A stretch of 64,000 nucleotides of DNA from an uncultured Verrucomicrobiae bacterium (GTDB lineage Bacteria; Verrucomicrobiota; Verrucomicrobiia; Limisphaerales; Palsa-1400). The stretch is taken from the NCBI GenBank assembly GCA_963702845.1, contig OY969763.1, positions 2,048,001 through 2,112,000 of the forward strand, read 5' to 3'. Position numbers and translations under genes: made by a program. Each line of letters begins with the position of its first letter. The stretch's first letter is position 1. Positions 61,764 through 64,000 of this stretch are shown piece by piece. The notes under the pieces are model-generated. The model was not told the origin of the DNA, made no database searches, and saw only the letters and a list, made by a program, of their open reading frames with translations.

Positions 61764-63211
61764 GTGTTACACGTTCAACTGCGATTCAAAACTTAACTAG
61801 CGAAGTTCTCGACGTCCTCGTCATCGGCGGCGGCATCGTTGGTTCCGGGATCGCTCGCGACGCAGCCATGCGAGGTTTGCGCGTTGGTCTCATCGACCAG
61901 CTTGATTTTTCTTTCGGCACCAGCAGCCGCTCCAGTCGTTTGCTCCACGGCGGTATTCGCTACTTGGCACAGGGTAAAATTGGTCTAGTGCGACAAGCGA
62001 GTGTCGAGAAAATGAGGCTCGGCCAAATTGCGCCGCACCTCGCGCAACCCTTACCGTTCAATTTTCCATGTTATCGCGGTTCGGCATATCCCTGCTGGCA
62101 ATTGAAGATCGGTGTTCGCATTTACGATTTGCTTTGCGGTGGAGGAAATTTCCAACGTTCCAGCGGCATGAACCCGCGCGAAACCGCGTCGCATCTGCCT
62201 GGCCTTGCCGAAACCGATCTCGTCGGATCCGCTCGCTATTTTGATGCCCTCACTAACGATGCGCGCATGGTGCTCGACACTTTACGTTCCGCCGCCAAAT
62301 ACGGCGCGATTTGCGCGAACTACGTTCAATTTAAAAACGCACAACGCAACGGCGATTTTTGGAACTGTGAACTTCGTGACGACCTCGTTGGACAATCACT
62401 GACAGTCAAAGCGCGCACGGTGATTAACGCAACCGGTCCGTGGGCCAATGCTGTTCCACATAGTCATGTGCAACTGCGACTGACCAAAGGAATTCATCTC
62501 GTCATTCCGAAAGAACGATTGCCGATGACCGAAGCCGTCGTCATGACTGAAGGCGCGCGTGTCCTGTTTGTTATTCCGTGGGGCGAACGAATTATTTTGG
62601 GCACGACTGATACCGATTATTCCGGTTCGCGCGAAAAGGTTTTTGCTGAACCCAAGGAAATTCAATACGTCCTCAGCGTTACTAATCGATTCTTTCCTCG
62701 CTCGAAACTTTCAAACGCTGATGTCATTAGCACATGGGCCGGCCTGCGACCGTTGATTAACGGCGGCAAACAAGGAACGCCTTCCGATATTTCTCGTGCA
62801 CACCAAATCCGCAACCCAGAACCGGGTTGGTGGGATGTCGCCGGCGGCAAGCTGACGACCTATCGCCTCATAGCCGAGGAGACGATCGATGGCGTCGCCA
62901 AAGAACGCGGATTGAAACTTCCACGTTGTCGCACGGCAACGGAGCCGCTTGTCGAAGCAGCATCGAATAAATACAGCGGCATTCTTCCGCCAACTTTCAG
63001 CCGGGAAGCCGTTGAATATTTTTGTCGCGAGGAATGGGCTATCAATCTTGATGACGTCATGGTGCGCCGCAGCGGTTGGCACTACTACTATTCCGACGCT
63101 GCGGCCAAAGCGCAGCAAGTGGCCGATTGGATGTCTGAAATTTTAAGTTGGACGCCGGAGCAGAAAAAGGCGCAAATACTGCGATACAGCCAATGTTCGC
63201 AGCCGTCGTAA
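61760..63211 (+). CDS. glpD: FAD-dependent glycerol-3-phosphate dehydrogenase/oxidase
   Basis: DVLVIGGGIVG, GTSSRSS.L.HGG.RYL, KGIHL, GTTD, AGLRPL, GGKLTTYR. Confidence 0.88.
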   Translation: MSVTRSTAIQNLTSEVLDVLVIGGGIVGSGIARDAAMRGLRVGLIDQLDFSFGTSSRSSRLLHGGIRYLAQGKIGLVRQASVEKMRLGQIAPHLAQPLPFNFPCYRGSAYPCWQLKIGVRIYDLLCGGGNFQRSSGMNPRETASHLPGLAETDLVGSARYFDALTNDARMVLDTLRSAAKYGAICANYVQFKNAQRNGDFWNCELRDDLVGQSLTVKARTVINATGPWANAVPHSHVQLRLTKGIHLVIPKERLPMTEAVVMTEGARVLFVIPWGERIILGTTDTDYSGSREKVFAEPKEIQYVLSVTNRFFPRSKLSNADVISTWAGLRPLINGGKQGTPSDISRAHQIRNPEPGWWDVAGGKLTTYRLIAEETIDGVAKERGLKLPRCRTATEPLVEAASNKYSGILPPTFSREAVEYFCREEWAINLDDVMVRRSGWHYYYSDAAAKAQQVADWMSEILSWTPEQKKAQILRYSQCSQPS

Positions 63212-64000
63212 ACTGGTTCAAACCGCCGCCGCCCGTACCGTTCCGCAACGGGCATGAAATAAAACGGCTCTATCCGCAATTCCGCTGGACCGCTTTTCAT
63301 TGCGCATTCCTTGCCTACGCCACGTTCTACGTCGTGCGCAACAACCTGTCGCCTGTGGAAATGGAAATGCGCGGTTCCTTGCATTACGACAAGGACATGA
63401 TGGGCATGATCATCGCCGGCACATCGCTCGCGTATGGGGTCGGCAAGTTTGTGATGGGAACGATTTCCGATCGGTGCGATCCGCGCAAATACATGTTCAC
63501 CGCGTTGCTCCTGACAGCAGTTCTGAACGTCGCATTTGGTGCCGCGCGCAATTTTCACGTTCACCTTGTTCTTTGGACCTTAAACGGTTTGGCGCAAGGC
63601 ATGGGCTACGCACCGTGTGCGCGCGTGATGGCACATTGGTTCAGCGTTCGCGAACGCGGCTTGTGGTTTGGGCTTTGGAATATGTCGCACAACGTGGGCG
63701 GCGCTATTGCTGGCGTGCTCGCAGCATCGTGCGCCGGGTGGTGGGGTTGGCCCTCTGCTTTCTACGTGCCGGCGGTGATTGCTGCGATTGCCGCGTGTTA
63801 TTTGCTATGGCGCGTGCGCGACACGCCTCAGTCGGTCGGATTGCCTTCGATCGAAGAATTCAAGGACGATTACCCGCCTGAAGAAAAAGAATCGCACGAA
63901 CGCGAGTTGACGATGCGGGAAATCATCACCACCTACATCCTGCCTAACAAAATGTTGTGGCTGGCTGCAATCGCGAATTTCTTTGTCTACATCGCGCGTT
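63193..64000 (+). CDS. GlpT/PgtP-family MFS organophosphate transporter (runs off the window)
   Basis: My translation: ...YATFYVVRNN...AYGVGKFVMG.ISDR...QGMGY.PC.R...WF...ERG...WN.SHNVGG...RDTPQSVGLP. Confidence 0.88.
   Translation, partial: MFAAVVNWFKPPPPVPFRNGHEIKRLYPQFRWTAFHCAFLAYATFYVVRNNLSPVEMEMRGSLHYDKDMMGMIIAGTSLAYGVGKFVMGTISDRCDPRKYMFTALLLTAVLNVAFGAARNFHVHLVLWTLNGLAQGMGYAPCARVMAHWFSVRERGLWFGLWNMSHNVGGAIAGVLAASCAGWWGWPSAFYVPAVIAAIAACYLLWRVRDTPQSVGLPSIEEFKDDYPPEEKESHERELTMREIITTYILPNKMLWLAAIANFFVYIAR

Overview
Bacterial chromosomal window, probably Verrucomicrobiota (Pedosphaera-like); this is inferred from gene content, not tested. Left part: heme A synthase (partial), a UBact-prcB-prcA-pafA ubiquitin-like/proteasome operon (the 56-aa UBact ORF is missing from the supplied ORF track), smc, several secreted proteins, a divergent EgtD-like/FolP-like pair, an RND pump and tRNA-Arg(UCU). 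Centre (27.2-47.9 kb): two convergent operons that together look like an integrated acid-survival or amino-acid decarboxylation system. The first is aspT-gadB-aspT-aspD, with no gadC. The second is periplasmic asparaginase, lipoprotein glutaminase, DcaP-like porin, TRIC channel, RND pump, ppk2, membrane protein, SulP and a hypothetical gene. Next come stress-type small proteins, two orphan histidine kinases (one EvgS/BvgS-like), a gene remnant, a 46-bp direct repeat and an HTH gene followed by helically phased repeat arrays. Right part: core genes (GlmU-like acetyltransferase, DinG helicase, YkvA, NagD-GlpD-GlpT). About eight genes carry single-base frameshifts, most likely sequencing or assembly indels.
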